Shown here piece by piece: positions 24,975 through 39,170 of a DNA stretch of 64,000 bases. The notes beneath the pieces are model-generated. The model was not told where the DNA came from, did not search any database, and saw only the letters and a list, made by a program, of their open reading frames with translations. Both the position numbers and the translations under genes were made by a program. Origin of the DNA: Paragordius varius (taxonomy: Eukaryota; Animalia; Nematomorpha); the NCBI GenBank assembly GCA_964247055.1, contig OZ176056.1, positions 1,240,001-1,304,000 on the forward strand, in the 5' to 3' direction. Within the stretch, counting starts at the first letter, position 1, and each line of letters begins with the position of its first letter.

Positions 24975-27277
24975 AATTTCAAAAAAATAAAATTGGGTGG
25001 TCAGCACTTCCTAAATCCAAAGTGAAGTCATTAGTTTTATATATTTGAGATTGTAAATTCCTTTTTAATTAAACTTCATTCATTTTGGATAAACAATATA
25101 TATTATTTAAAAAGAGGTAACCATAAAACTTTTCATCACTTTATATACACACATAAAACTCCTCTATCAAATTGTTTCAGATCGGATAACTTTGACTTAA
25201 ATATTATTAAGTATGATTTAATCAACAATTTATAATTTTCCTATATCATTTAGAACTTAGGCCAAGTACACTATTTATAATATTTTACATAAGGCAAAAG
25301 ATTCAAAACTAGCCATGCCAGAATCGTTCAAGGTAAAAGCTAAAAAAAATTTTCATACTTTTTCAAAAAAGAATTTTAATCCACTTCAATTATAAAGGCC
25401 GACAAATATTAGAACGTATATTTTTCAATTCTAAATTTCTTACATATTAAATATTTTTATATAACACATCTTTTGAAGCTAATTGTGCAATTTTTGAAAA
25501 CCATTTTTGCACATATATCGTTTGTATTTTAATTATATAAACCATATATTTCAGATGTCGAAAATTTGAATACAGGTATTTAATAATTTACTGATATGTT
25601 GAATATATTTATTTTATTTTACATCTGCAGAAGGATCCAATCTTATGGAAGGTATATGCCTTACTTTAATCTATATTGAAAAAAAATTAAAATTATAAGG
25701 ACAAAACATGAAAACTAACGCCTGGGAAACCAAGTCAAAAAAAGTGGAGCCAAAATCAGAAGGGTTTTCGCTCGGTTATACCCATAATCGGGTAGTATAA
25801 AATTGAAAATAAACAGCATATCTCTTAAAATTTAGAAAACCTGGATTATAATATAACTTTTTAATACCGGTTTTTAACATTGGAACCGATCTCTTGGATG
25901 GTTTACTTTTTTAGAAAATACGTTTTATAAAATATATTTATTTTTAAAATATAAAACAAAATAATAAATTAAAATTTATTGGAAGAATGATGATATATTA
26001 AGTGGGAAGTTAATGTATAATTTATTCATGAACACATTCTTAAAGAGTTATTTAGCTTTAATGAATTGAAATGAGCAAAAAATATTTGTAAATTCAAATA
26101 TATAATTTATTAAGAATTTTTGTTCAAACACTTAATCTTACTAAAAACTTGAGTTGCCTATATGGATATTTGGTTAATTTAAATAAATCGGGTCAGTAGT
26201 CTTTATAATTTTCCACTCTTTTAAATTGGCGTAGTTTGTGAATGACCCCTTGTACGCTTTTAAGATATTAAGTTTTCGTATAAAGCCAATAGATTAATTA
26301 AAACCGCGGCCCTAAAAGTGCTTTTATACAGCCTGTTTAAATTTTTAAGGAAATACCACTGCGATTGACTTTCAAATTCCCTTTAATCCTTATGAGAGGC
26401 ATGCTGCCTAAAAGATAAATAAACGCAATAACCAAGAGAAACATATGTTTGTTTTAAACTCTTTTATCTAAAATGTAAAACGTTTAAAAATTCTACCATA
26501 TTTGTAATATAAAAATCTTAAAAACATAAAAATCTAAAAGCTTAAATCTCATGTTTTATATCTAAATGTATGACTTACAATAATTTATAAAGATTCCAAT
26601 AAGGTTTTTAAAATTACTTTATGGCAGCTGATATATTTTGATTTTTTTTAAATTTAATTTGATTTTCAAAAAACCCGACTAATTATAATTATAAATATAC
26701 CATTTTCAGTCAAAAGCAACATTTTTCAACTAAAAGAACATTTTTAATTTGATTTGGATAGAAAATGTTGCATTTGGTTAAAAAATGATATGTAGAATCA
26801 TGTGATTTAAGACGGAATAACTTAAAAAAGATTTTTTTGATTATATAAGGTTTATTGTATTTTCACCAAGAACTACTGAGGACTCTAATAAAGTTTTCAA
26901 TACCATCAAACCTTTAATTTATTGGCACATGAACTCCTGAAGACTCTAATAAAGTTTTTAATACCATCAAATTTTAATTTTTTGGCATATATACCGATTT
27001 TTATAACTCAATGACCTTTTATTTTTAAATCAATATAGCTTTGTATTACAATATACTCTTCAATACATTATAGGTCCAATCTTAATTCTATGATTTTTAT
27101 GTTTATTTTTTAGCAATTTTAATTTTTATTTTTTAAAATCTTTAATTAAATTTTCCATATATATATAATTAGAATCAAAAAACTTTTTGGAGGAAACGCG
27201 AAATATTAGTAATATATTTTTATTATATAGTTTTCATTATAAAAATTATATTTTAAAATATTTTCATTCGTGATTAG

Positions 27278-30200
27278 GTCCAGAAAATATAAGTAATTTT
27301 TAAAATTTTAATTAAATCATTAAATTTCGGATAGATCGGGCCAAAATTGGTAATTATTCTATATAAATAATAAAACCTGGTTTAATGAAAAAAAAATTGT
27401 ATGTAAAGATTACTATAAGAGCCCACATTGGGATAAATTTTGTGATAATTGACGACATTAGTTTAAAATCACTTAAATTACTATTAATTACAATAAAATA
27501 TTTGAACAAAAATAAAACTGCCGGTTTTTAAAAGCCATTAAGGTTTCAAGGACACTTTCAAATAATGATTTTCCAATCTTTTCTGAATTCAAATCCCATG
27601 AAATATGGGATTAAAATTATTAATCTATATATTTATAAAAATGGAAAATGCTGGCTTTGTGATCTGTTTCCGGAAAACCGGTGAACCCAATCATATCCAA
27701 ATATCGAAAAAATATAATCATTAATAAATGTCCCGACAATAGCTTCGCCCTTTTTTTGAAATAGGCCCCCAGTTCGGGCCCACCCCGTATGAAAAACGGG
27801 TTTTTTTGAAAACAGAAGTCCACAAAATCGTGTTTTTGAGACAATTTTCCGGAGAACGGGACCATTCAATTTTAAATATGATTTTTGTTTACTTATTTTC
27901 GATTGCGCCGAACATAGTTGAGTCACTTTTTTGATTTAGGCCCTCTTTATACTCGCTCCCCCCGTAAAATGCCATTTTTTTCAAAAAAAACAAAGTCCAC
28001 AAAAATATTTTTTTGATTGTATTTTTTTGCCCACGGTATGAGACTGTAAAAATTCGAGAAAGATTCCACGTATTCCCTGTTAAAAGGCAAAAATTTTAGT
28101 CCACCGTTTATTTGATGATAGCTGCTGGGTAAGGAGCTACCCGCTAAAAACTGATTTTTTATATAACTTTGTGATCTGTTTCCGGAAAACCGGTGAAGCC
28201 AATCAAATCCAAACATCGAAAAAATTTAATCATTAATGAATGCCCCGACAATAGCTTCGCCCTTTTTTGGAATTAGGTCCCCAGTTTGGGCCCACCCCGT
28301 GTGAAAAATGGGTTAAGTCAATTTTTTGGAAACGTGTTGGACCATTCAATTTCAAATATGATTTTTGTTTACTTATTTTCGATTGCGCCGAACATAGTCG
28401 AGTCACTTTTTTGATTTAGGCCCTCTTTATACTCGCTCCCCCCGTAAAATGCCATTTTTTTCAAAAAAAAACAAAGTCCACAAAAATATTTTTTTGATTG
28501 TATTCTTTTGCCCACGGTATGAGACTGTAAAAATTCGAGAAAGATTCCACGTATTCCCTGTTAAAAGGCAAAAATTTTAGTCAGGCGTTTCTTTGATGAT
28601 AGCTGCTGAGTAAGGAGTATCTATCATATGTATAGCATGTTAAAAGATATATGGATATTAAAACATTATTTATGGTAATCTATATATTTATAAAAATGGA
28701 AAATGCTGGCTTTGTGATCTACAGGAAAAACGGTAGACCCATTCAAATCCAAACTTCGAAAAAATATAATCATTAATGAATGCCCCGACAATAGCTTCGC
28801 CCTTTTTTTGAAATAGGGCCCCAGTTCGGGCCCACCCCGTGTGAAAAACGAGTTTTTTTTGAAAACAGAAGTCCACAAAAATCGTGTCTTTGAGACTTCC
28901 GGGGAACGTGTTGGTCCATTATATTTCAAATATGATTTTTATTTAGTTATTTTCGATTGCGCCAAACATAGTCGAGTCACTTTTTTGATTTACGCCCTCT
29001 TTTTACCCGCTCCCCCCGTAAAATGCCACCTTTTACAAAAAACAAAGTTCACAAAAATATTTTTTTAAATCTCTTTTTCGATCAAGACATGAGACCGTAA
29101 AAATTCATTATGGATTTCAAGTATTCCCTGTTAAAAGGCAAAAATTTTAGTCCACCGTTTATTTGATGATAGCTGCTGGGTAAGGAGCTACCCGCTAAAA
29201 ACTGATTTTTCATGTAGCTTTGTGATCTGTTTCCGGAAAACCGGTGAACCCAATCATATCCAAATATCGAAAAAATATAATCATTAATAAATGTCCCGAC
29301 TATAGCTTCGCCCTTTTTTTGAAATAGGCCCCCAGTTCGGGCCCACCCCGTATGAAAAACGGGTTTTTTTGAAAACAGAAGTCCACCAAAATCGTTTCTT
29401 TGAGATAATTTTTCGGAGAACGTGTTGGACCATTCAATTTCAAATATGATTTTTGTTTACTTATTTTCGATTGCGCCGAACATAGTCGTCTCGCTTTTTT
29501 AATTTAGTCCCACTTTTTCCCGCTCCCCTCGTAAAATGCCATTCCCCCCCCCCCCCCCCCAGAAGTCCGAAGGACTTCCTCGGGCTGCGTAGCAGCACGA
29601 GATTTACGCTAGTTTATTTATAAAAAGACATTCTTTAACTTTACTCTTTGATGGAAATTTGCTTTAAAGTTAATCTTTTATGTTTTGTTAATTCAATATT
29701 TCTGTAATCTATTTTATAGACGGCATGAAAATATCCATAAAATGTATGCTTTATAATATTAAAAATTGAAATTTTTTTAACAAATTAATAATTTATATAT
29801 CTCAAATTTAGCTTTGAAAGAGCGCATTAGCAGTATATTTTTTGCATGGATAATTTTGTTACAAACTTTAATATATAAAAATAATATTTTTGGCTTTAAA
29901 ATAATATATATATATATATATAGATATGATGGACTCTATTCAAGGTGAAATAAAGCTTTCTTTTTAACAAAGCAAAAATTTCCAAAAAAGTGTCATTTAG
30001 GCTTTAAATAAAATTTTTATATGAAAATTAATTTTTAGCTTTCTATTTTAATATTTATCAGTTTACTAATCACAGTAAAAATTGGAATTACTCGGACAAA
30101 ACGTAGATATTTTTTCTAAAAAACAACCATACTATTTAATCTTATTTTTATTTCTAAGTCATCTGATGAATATTGGAAACACAATCAATTTTATATTTTA

Positions 30201-31273
30201 CAGTGGTAAATAAATATTTTATATAAGAAAAATGAAATATAAAAAAATGGTTATTTTGAAATTACATTTTGTCTGTATAATCCAATTTTTACTGTAAAAA
30301 GTTAATTACAATATAGGGATATATTTAGTTTAAATTTGAAAGAACATCCATGAAATTTTTTGTTATAACCAAAAAAATTTAGTAGTTTAATAAAAATACT
30401 TTGAAAATTTGGTTTTATTATATAAAAACCAAAATTTATAAAGATTTTTAAACATTTAATAATTAAAGAACCTATATAACGAACCATTTTTTCATAATTA
30501 TGATAACTTAATTAGATTTAATCGACAAAGCAAATGAAAGTAAATAATTTTATTATTTTTATTAATTGTTAAATAAAATATAATAAAAAATAATAAGATA
30601 ATACTTGACAAATTAATTATATATTTTTTTCTTTTAAAATATTGTTAATTAAAATGTAATCAAATATCTGGTTATATGGGATAATTTTAATTTTTATATT
30701 AATCTAGGCTCCATGATTCCACAAGCAGAAGTTGAAAGTTATATATTTTTTATAAATTTTAAATATAATTTTATATTTTTTAAAAATTATTTTTATTAAT
30801 TTTATTATATCAGTTATAATATAACCAAATTGATAATCCTATCATACATGGTGTAAAAAACTCCAAATAATTAAGAACTAGAAAATTTTTGGGTATAAAT
30901 TGACAATGAGTTTTATTTACAGTATACATCCCAAGATTAAAAAATTTATTTAACAATACGCAATACATTATCTAATTTGTTATTCAATACATTCGATAGT
31001 TCAAATAAATTCTACTTTGGAAATAAACTATTTTTTTATGATAATTCTAGATGCATTAGGCTTAGAGGATCCCGATATATCAAAAGGTATATATAGATAA
31101 ATAAATTTTAAATTATAACATACATTGTGAATCAAAATGCATTGCCACATTTAATATTGGTAGATAGCATTTACAACAAAACTATCAATATATATAATTA
31201 ATCCTACCGATAATTCCTAATTTTAGAAGTTTTGGAAGAAGCCATTGGAAATCTAAAGCCAACGCCTGAATAA
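27278..31273 (+). CDS. Second micro-exon cluster B (3' part of a separate gene, or an alternative 3' end of gene A)
   Basis: AG..GT-bounded segments 27278-27292 (15 nt), 27335-27349 (15), 29720-29743 (24), 29812-29832 (21), 29924-29944 (21), 30708-30737 (30), 31051-31086 (36) and last exon 31227-31273 join into the open frame GPENINRAKIDGMKISIKSLKERISNMMDSIQGSMIPQAEVENALGLEDPDISKEVLEEAIGNLKPTPE*; AATAAA at 31367. No second copy is in the window to cross-check. Confidence 0.55.
27624..29612 (+). mobile_element. Non-autonomous Helitron (two head-to-tail copies, internal ~520-bp repeats)
   Basis: A|TCTATATATTTATAAAAATGG 5' ends at 27624 and 28679; 3' hairpins gaagtcc-gaa-ggacttc and gctgc-gta-gcagc, then CTAG|T at 29609-29613. 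Confidence 0.8.
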
Positions 31274-31555
31274 TTTATTTGTTATATATAATATATTTGG
31301 AAGATTTTCCATCTGAATATTAAAGATCAAATATTGTAGAAAAACTATTCACTAAGTTATTTATCTAATAAATATATTTGATATGTGTATATATTTCTTA
31401 AATTGACGATCGTTTAGAAGTTACCGTAAGTTAATATTAGATATAAACTGTAAAATACAATTTAAAACAGAAACTGCACATTGGTCTTATGAAAAAATAT
31501 ATAATTATAAATACTTTTCGGCGCATAACATGGTTCGAAAGAAATTGATTCAAGC

Positions 31556-31800
31556 CAGGATTTTCAATATGCGGCCCTCCAAGACCTCACGTGCGACCTG
31601 CGAAATATTCGAAAAATAATTGGCAAACATTTGCTCACAAAATCTCATTAAAATTAATGTTTAAAACAAAATTTCTACATATACATCTACCCGATTGGCA
31701 AAAACTGGAAATTTTTTTTACATTTATTTAATAAAATATTTATAAATGCCCATATATATTTTAAATGCGGCTCGCGAAATATTTGCTTTGGACACCCCTG
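31556..31800. mobile_element. hAT-type MITE
   Basis: 3' end TTGGACACCCCTG, degenerate 5' end caggattttcaatatgcggccc; a related caggggtgtcca start lies at 18329. Confidence 0.6.
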
Positions 31801-32998
31801 TATAAACCTAATTTTAGTTTGGTCATTTATACCCCCTTTTATTTTTTTTATTTTTACAAACTACATACTTTGATATATAAACTGCTGTTCTTTGGATGTT
31901 ACCTCAATAAATAAACATTTCCTACATTTTATGCATGTGAAATAGATAAAATTTGGGGATTTTGTACGTCAGATCCATGAATTATAAAAAAATTTAAAAT
32001 TTATTAGAAAAAAACTATATTGTATGAGTTCTAGTTTCTAAATTATAGAAAACACTAATTTACATTTACCAGCAACTGACTCCAAAACTAAATAAATTAA
32101 CACTTTTTTACATATTCTGTACGAGATGGCATGTTGGGGGTGGTTTCCTAGTCCATAGCTTTTAGAAAACATATCCTGTTTTGAAATCTGTTTGGCTAAA
32201 ATTTATTTTTTAGGGCCTCTTCTAGATAATAAATTATGATTTTTACAGTAACTTTTATAATCCAAACGGATATCTCCAAAGCATGAATAAAGGTAGCTGA
32301 TATTAGATATATATCAAAGATTTCTTTGTAATCCGAAAGTTTTTAAATCATGATATACATTTATTTGCCTGTTCCGATTAATGGAAAAAAGTCACAGAGA
32401 AGTTTATGGAGATTTTTAACATATTTACTCTAAAAAATTTATTATAGTATGCGCCTAAGAGGCTAAAAAAGCACATTATTAAATTTAGCCTAATGATAAA
32501 ATTATTTTTGAATTATTTTAAAGAAGACTGAATTCTTAAAGTACCCCAACATAACGTGCTAAAATAAAAAAATTTAAGTAAATTTTTATTTTTTAACAAT
32601 TATATACCATAAAATTAGGTTCAAGTTAATTTTTTTAATCATACTCTGTTATAATTTTTTCGACATCTGTAGAAAGGCCTTTTTAAGATATATACCATAT
32701 TTTGGAAACTTGTCTGCTCTAGAGTAATTAAACTACCCTATAAAAATTGTAGCGGTCAAAAATAATAAGCACAAATTATTACCAAACATATATTCTAAAC
32801 TAATTTAAATAATTATTTTTTGATGTTGAATTTACAATATTATTTTTAAGTTTTATTTGGCTATTGCCATACTTTATAAAGAAATCATTAAGGATAAATT
32901 TTGAGCTTAACAATAATACCCTGTTCTATTATAAATTGGCACAGCTTCAATATCATACAATCACGTAAAAACGCGTGTTTTTTTTAAAATCAGATTTT

Positions 32999-33654
32999 AT
33001 GTCATCCGATATAAGTGTTTTGGATACATCGATCAATAATATAAGTACTTCAAAACATGGTTCGCTTACGCTCTCTAACCCCGAAGAATTTGTTATAAAA
33101 TTTGGGGGAACCACTCTAATTCAAAAGGTAATTTTTATAATGTTTAAATTTAGATCCTTATTGCCAACAATGGTATAGCTGCGGTTAAATGTATGCGATC
33201 TATTCGAAGATGGGCATACGAAATGTTTCGAAACGAACGAGCGATAAAATTTGTTGTCATGGTGACTCCCGAAGATTTAAAAGCTAATGCTGGTAACATA
33301 TACATCATTATAAGCAAAAGCGATTCTAATAAATAATTACTTTTTTCTATTTTGACTGTTGATTACACTTGTTTTATTAATGCTATCTATAGTTTTATTT
33401 TTTAATTAAATATAAAATGAAAAATTGAAGCAAAAATTAATTTATAGACATAAAACTAATTTATTTTCCTAATTTGCCTCTAATCACCTCGTATATAATT
33501 TTCAAAAAAACAACGCCTATAAAATAATTAACATTTGCTGATTTTCATGAACATTTTTTGATTTTTAAAATAAACCTTCCTGAAATGATTTGTGGGTATA
33601 GTAAAACCCTATAATCCACTATTTAATTTTGAAATTATTTTAAATTTTATCTAA

Positions 33655-33694
<40 letters not shown>

Positions 33695-35633
33695 AAAGAT
33701 AAAATTGTAAATCTCACAATTTAACTTTAATATATTCCTTAAAAATGCATGATTGATGTGTAAAATTATCTATTTTTCCCACATTCGAGGTCCTTCCGAG
33801 GAGATTATCTTAATAAATTAAAATATAAATAATTGAAATAGAAAAACCATCTCTTAGTTTTTTAAATATTAAAATATACCTTCCTTTCATCCATATATAT
33901 ATATATATATAAATTTCCCCCTTAATAATATGAATATGAATATAGAGTATATAAAAATGGCGGATCAATATGTCCCGGTTCCAGGCGGTTCCAACAATCA
34001 CAATTACGCCAACGTTGAACTCATTGTAGAGATTTGTGTGCGGACGGGGGCTGATGCAGTTTGGGCCGGTTGGGGTCATGCCAGTGAGAATCCGGCCCTG
34101 CCTTTCGCTTTAGCGGACCGCTGTCTGGCTTTCTTGGGCCCATCGGCATTTGCTATGCATGCCCTGGGCGATAAAATAGCCTCCACACTGATTGCACAAA
34201 GCGCGCATGTTCCCACCCTGGCTTGGAGTGGATCAGGTTTGGAATTCAGATTTATTGAGGTTTTGTGGAATTTTGAGGGGTGAATTTAAAGGTTAGAAAT
34301 GTGGTTTTAAAGGTTAAAAATACCGAAAGGTTTAAATGGTTTTGTGAGTTTTTTGCTAAGAAATTGAATATATAAGGTAATGAATGATTTTAGAATTTAA
34401 AGGGGAGTTTTTCTATACGGTTAAAAATACCGAAAGGTTTAAATGATTTTGGTAGTTTTTTTTGCTAAGAAATTGAATATATAAGGTAATGCTTTTTTGA
34501 ATTTAAAGGGGGGTTTTACAACAAATTTAGAGAATTCTGGCTATTTAAACTTTAAAACCATAAGTTTGGGCGTATACGTTTCTTTTCTGATTCGATGGGG
34601 ATTAGTTAATCTTCTAATAATTTTATATGATTTATCATGAAATGTCAAAGAATTAGAAAATAAGTTACATGTTTTTAATATCTGCTATAAACTATAAATA
34701 TTTAAAATATTGTGCGTAAAAAGTCTTAAAATAAGGAACAAATATATGGTTTAATGGAAATATTGTTTCATTTCAATATGGTGGTATTTTAGAATTTTAA
34801 TATTAACTTTGCCATAACTAATATACTTTGTATGAGACTTATATCGCCCTTAATTTTTTTAATTATATCGGAATATTGAGAAACCCTTTTTTACCGCAAT
34901 ATAATGCATTTTTTTAAAAGCAATCCTTATAAAGTATATTTATGTTATATTATCATATTGAGAATATCAAATATAAAAATTTATTACCGTTTTTTAGTTA
35001 ATTTACAGTAAAAAATGAAATTATACAGACAAAATATGACAAATTAAAAGATAAATTTAATTTTCAAAAGACTCATATTGTTTAATTGATTTTTGAAATA
35101 TTATATTTTATTTTTGGTTGCAAAAAATAGACATATAAATTACTTGTAAACTTAATTAATTTTTAGAGTTGTTATTCAGTTTATGTGAGAATAAACAATA
35201 TAACGGACCTTTTAAAAAGAATTTTATTTTTTTAAGTTTTTTCATTTTTAATAATTAATTTAAACTTAAATGCAGGCATAGAGATTGAAAATTTAGAGGT
35301 CAAAAGTCGCTCCCTACAACAAAGTATAAATGCCGAACATTTTGTTAATCAATCCCTCATGACTAAAAGTATTACTGTTTCAACAACCAAACAAATAACC
35401 GATGTAGGAAATAGTGTTTCTACCTCAGCATCGCAAAACGCCACAACCTATTATGATTTGGATAATTTGAATAACCTTATTCCAACTGAAATATATGAAT
35501 CGGCTTGTATCTCAAACTGTGAACAAGGATTACAAGTTTATAGAGATTTTTTTTCGAGTTTTTTGGGTTTTTAAGGGTGTTTTAATTAAATTTTAATAAT
35601 TTTTGAAGGTTTAATTGGAAAAAATTTAGTAAA

Positions 35634-35665
<32 letters not shown>

Positions 35666-37127
35666 GCGAATTTATCAATTATGCTGTTTAATGAAGAATA
35701 AATTTTTTCTTGTATAAAACTATTTTTATCTTTGATTTTAGCTTTAAAACCTTTGTAATTAGGAAAATTTAAAATTAAATAATCCAAATTATTATCTTTT
35801 ACTTGTATTGCTACTCAAAACAATATAGAAAAATTATATATTATATTTTTTTTTATTCATGTTAGTATATAAATTTCTATATAAATATATTTATCTAAAT
35901 GAAAAATTTTTAAATTTTTTATATTTTGAACAAAAAAATTTTTTTTCAGATGAGCAAAAAAATTGGATATCCCATTATGATTAAAGCTTCTGAAGGTGGT
36001 GGAGGTAAAGGGATACGGAAAGTATTAAAACCTGAAGATTTTCCAATAGCTTTTAAACAGGTATCAATTTTTGGGTTTTATTTTCGCCAAAAAATATTAT
36101 TTCAGTAATTGGAAAAAATTCTATTAATATGTTTTACAAAAGTTATATTTCTAAAATAGGTTATAAAAATAGTGAATGATAATTATATTTTTATTATCAC
36201 TTTAGTAATTTATTAGCCAAAAAATTTGGTTCAACATAATCGACTTAAAATAAGGAAATTGATTTGTTTATTAAATATTTGCAAATTATCATGATTAATG
36301 TTTAATTTTTTCTCACCAATTATGTTACTAATTTTCATTAATTTACATCTCTATACCTTGTTGTGCATCGTCAATTAAGTTTCCTCTTTAAAAAACCATC
36401 CATCTGTTTATATTTATATAATTTAAGTTTAAACTAGTAATGTTAATTAAAAAAGATATTCAATATATATATACCATTTACAGTTTAAATCCCTTGAACA
36501 ATTCAAATTCACCCCACACGATTTAAATTCACCCCGAACACTTTTAATTCACTCTAGAAATAAATTATGTGTTTTCAAACTAATATAACTCATCATTAAA
36601 ATGAAAATATTTTTATGGCATAGTTTAATTTTAAAAAAACATATTTTAGATGAATTTGAATTATTCTAGGGTGATTGAATTGTTTAAGGGTGAATTTGAA
36701 TTGTAAATTGTATATATATATATATATATATATATTAGTCATATATTAGATTTCGGATTTTTGAGTCAAAGTTTAACAATAATATTAATCTTTCATAAAC
36801 TTTTTTAAAAAATATGTTATTTTGGGGTTTTAAATATAAATTTTTGAATTACATTTTCCGGGTATTATTTTTAAAAATTTTAATTTATTAAATAATTTTT
36901 TTTACAAATTTAGTACATTTCCAATTTAATTTCGAATAATTTACAATTTGTTTCGCTTAATTCTTAATTAATTTAGGAATTTGGTTGTTGGCCTTAAAGA
37001 GTTATCGATTAAGGGTGATTTTAGAACTACTGTTGAATACCTTATAACTTTGTTGGAAACGGAAAGTTTTCAAAAAAATAATTTTGATACCGAATGGTTG
37101 GATAAACTTATTGTTGAAAAATTTCAA
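32999..37127 (+). pseudogene. ACC: Acetyl-CoA carboxylase 5' fragment, copy 2 (same internal deletion)
   Basis: Exons 32999-33127, 33154-33292, 33946-34236, 35276-35535, 35950-36060 and 36977-37127; same motifs and same missing core as copy 1. Confidence 0.9.
36474..36710. mobile_element. MITE family A, short derivative
   Basis: Nearly identical to 4827-5063. Confidence 0.75.
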
Positions 37128-37491
37128 GTATTATATGTTAATTTATTTTACCTAAGATCAATTTTTAGGATTTTTTTTATTAAATAAAGATTTAAAGTAT
37201 TAAATGTTTGCTTAATTATATTTAAATTTATGTATTTAAGGCCATTAAATTTATTATAAGTATATATAAAATGGAATTTTATACATTTTCTTACTTTTAC
37301 TGATTCCTGAAAACTTCAATTTTAAATTGTAATTGGAATAAATAGTTTCTCAGTTATCTGATCTTTTAAAAACAATTGAACGCGTCATATAATTTTAAAT
37401 AAAGCAATAATAATATTAAAAAGTTAAGGTTTGGTTTTCACAAAATTTTACATCGTTTTTATTGTATAAACGGTTTTAATTAGATTGATGT

Positions 37492-38615
37492 TTGATTGAT
37501 TTTAAACAAGCTTTGATATATGGTGTAGTTAGTCTTAACAATGCGGGACAATATGTTCTTAATCAGGAAGGTAATATACATTAAATTTTGTAATTTTACG
37601 CATATTTTTTTAAAAACATCTTTTTAACGTTATATATAGATTTGTCAAGATGGGTGGTCAAAATAAAAGGCGTATCCCTAATAAATGGCACAACCGCTGG
37701 AAATACAAATTCTTTAGATTTATTAGTTTTTTTTGCCAACCCCTTAATTAATTATCCTGAAAAAGCAAAAGACATCCGTGGCCTAGACATTTTTTTGAGT
37801 AGCCCGGGGAAAGATTTACCTGCTAGAAGAGGATTTATTTCGGTATATTTTTGATAGATTTTTATAATTTTAAATTTATGACAAGCTTTTGTACCCAAAA
37901 TCTGAAACTATAAATATCTGCGGTTTTAAACGACGAAATATAAGTTTTTATGACAATGTATGTGTGGTTAACAAGAGTCATATTTGAATCATAATATAAA
38001 GGCAAACGAGTACGTTTTATAACTAGTTGTCTAAATTTATATTATAAAATTTGCCTTTTTTACAGTAAATCATGAAATTATACGGACGAACGTAAAAATA
38101 TAAAGACAAATATTTTTTTAAAGTCTGCTGTAATTTTTTAAACGTATTTTTAAATATTATTCAAAGTTTTGGAATTTCAAAGTATGAAATAAAAATTTAT
38201 TTTAGTGATACGATTAATTATGTTATTTTCCAATTGCAATAAAATAATTTCTGTAAATGGTTTATAGTATGGTTATCTTGAAAAAGTATATGTCTTTATA
38301 TTTTTACTGTTATCATTATAATTTCAATTTTTACTGTAAAATTTTTTGAGAGATGTTCTGTCTGTATAAAAATCAATTTTTACTGTATTTCTCTATATAT
38401 ATATATATATTCGTACGACCCAAAAATTTTATGTATTTGTATAATAACTAATGTGTGCATTTCTTTTTTAGGCGGTTTCTGATAATTATCGCTTCGCATA
38501 TGTTTTGCCCGATACGGAATACGAGATTGTGGTTAGACCAGTCTTTATAGATCAAGATGCCGCATCCACAGAAGCAAGTTCACATCGTGTTTATGTTCAA
38601 ACGAATCGCTGCTAA
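37492..38615 (+). pseudogene. Probable DEG/ENaC channel fragment, copy 2
   Basis: Exons 37492-37570, 37640-37842 and 38472-~38590 (YVLPDTEYEIVVRPVFIDQD). Confidence 0.55.
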
Positions 38616-39015
38616 TCATGAAACTAAATTTTAAAAAAAAAGGATATAATTAAAATAAATATGGGTTATCGGGCGATGGTTTAAATTACGATGTGATATG
38701 TTTGATTAATTCATTTACAGATTAACCCCTTTTTTAATAATTTATCTATAGTATATCTTGGAAAGTACAAATAAATTTTAGTTATTATGGCTAATAGATA
38801 TAAATATATACCTGATCGAGTTGGGGTTTTATTTGCTTAATATTCTACATTACGCTTTTGTTGATAAAAGATCTCTCTCCGATGTTTCAATATCTACCCG
38901 TGATTTATTTTATGGACCCCAGTTTGAATTGAGAAATATTAGGAGATGACTTGTTGTAATACATTAATCAATATCAAATTTAGGAATTTATTATCATTAA
39001 CCTATGGATAGGAAT

Positions 39016-39170
39016 CTAACTTGATTTTACTGTAACGGTCAACACAGATTATCGTATTATTGTGTTTTACATCCACTGATTACCAAAGTCGCCATTTTTC
39101 AATAACAAGATTGATGTTTAAGGTTGTCTTATACGAGTAAATTGCAAGCAGATTGTGGAGGTCGGTTTAT
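39016..39170 (-). repeat. Single diverged inverted satellite monomer, copy 2
   Basis: Counterpart of 7405-7560. Confidence 0.85.

Larger units (their letters stand above)
581..25651 (+). repeat. Segmental duplication, copy 1 (homologous to 32734-64000)
   Basis: Collinear homology starts at taccctataaaaattgtagcggtcaaaa (581 vs ~32734) and continues through ACC exons, satellite and micro-exons to 25631 vs 63987; the true right end cannot be seen because copy 2 leaves the window. Confidence 0.93.
16443..26411 (+). pseudogene. Secreted micro-exon gene A, copy 1 (decayed)
   Basis: Signal-peptide exon 16443-16512 (MMNAIMRTLIYSFIACILLSQTT). Small exons include 21197-21217, 21283-21300, 21632-21637, 22088-22105, 23150-23164, 23205-23210, 23323-23370, 23582-23614, 23799-23828, 23978-24022, 24089-24130, 24782-24811, 25294-25332, 25555-25575 and 25631-25651. 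Putative last exon 26350-26411 (NTTAIDFQIPFNPYERHAA*) with AATAAA at 26418. Lesions: TAG at 17715, TAA at 20529, donors lost after 18046 and 24130. Confidence 0.75.

Noticed and set aside
27620-29068. Several 62-97 aa ORFs
   Set aside because: They lie in Helitron internal repeats, shift frame between units and show no RepHel motifs
32090-32340. GC-richer stretch with a ~60-codon minus-strand open frame
   Set aside because: No recognisable motif, splice pattern or second copy to test it against
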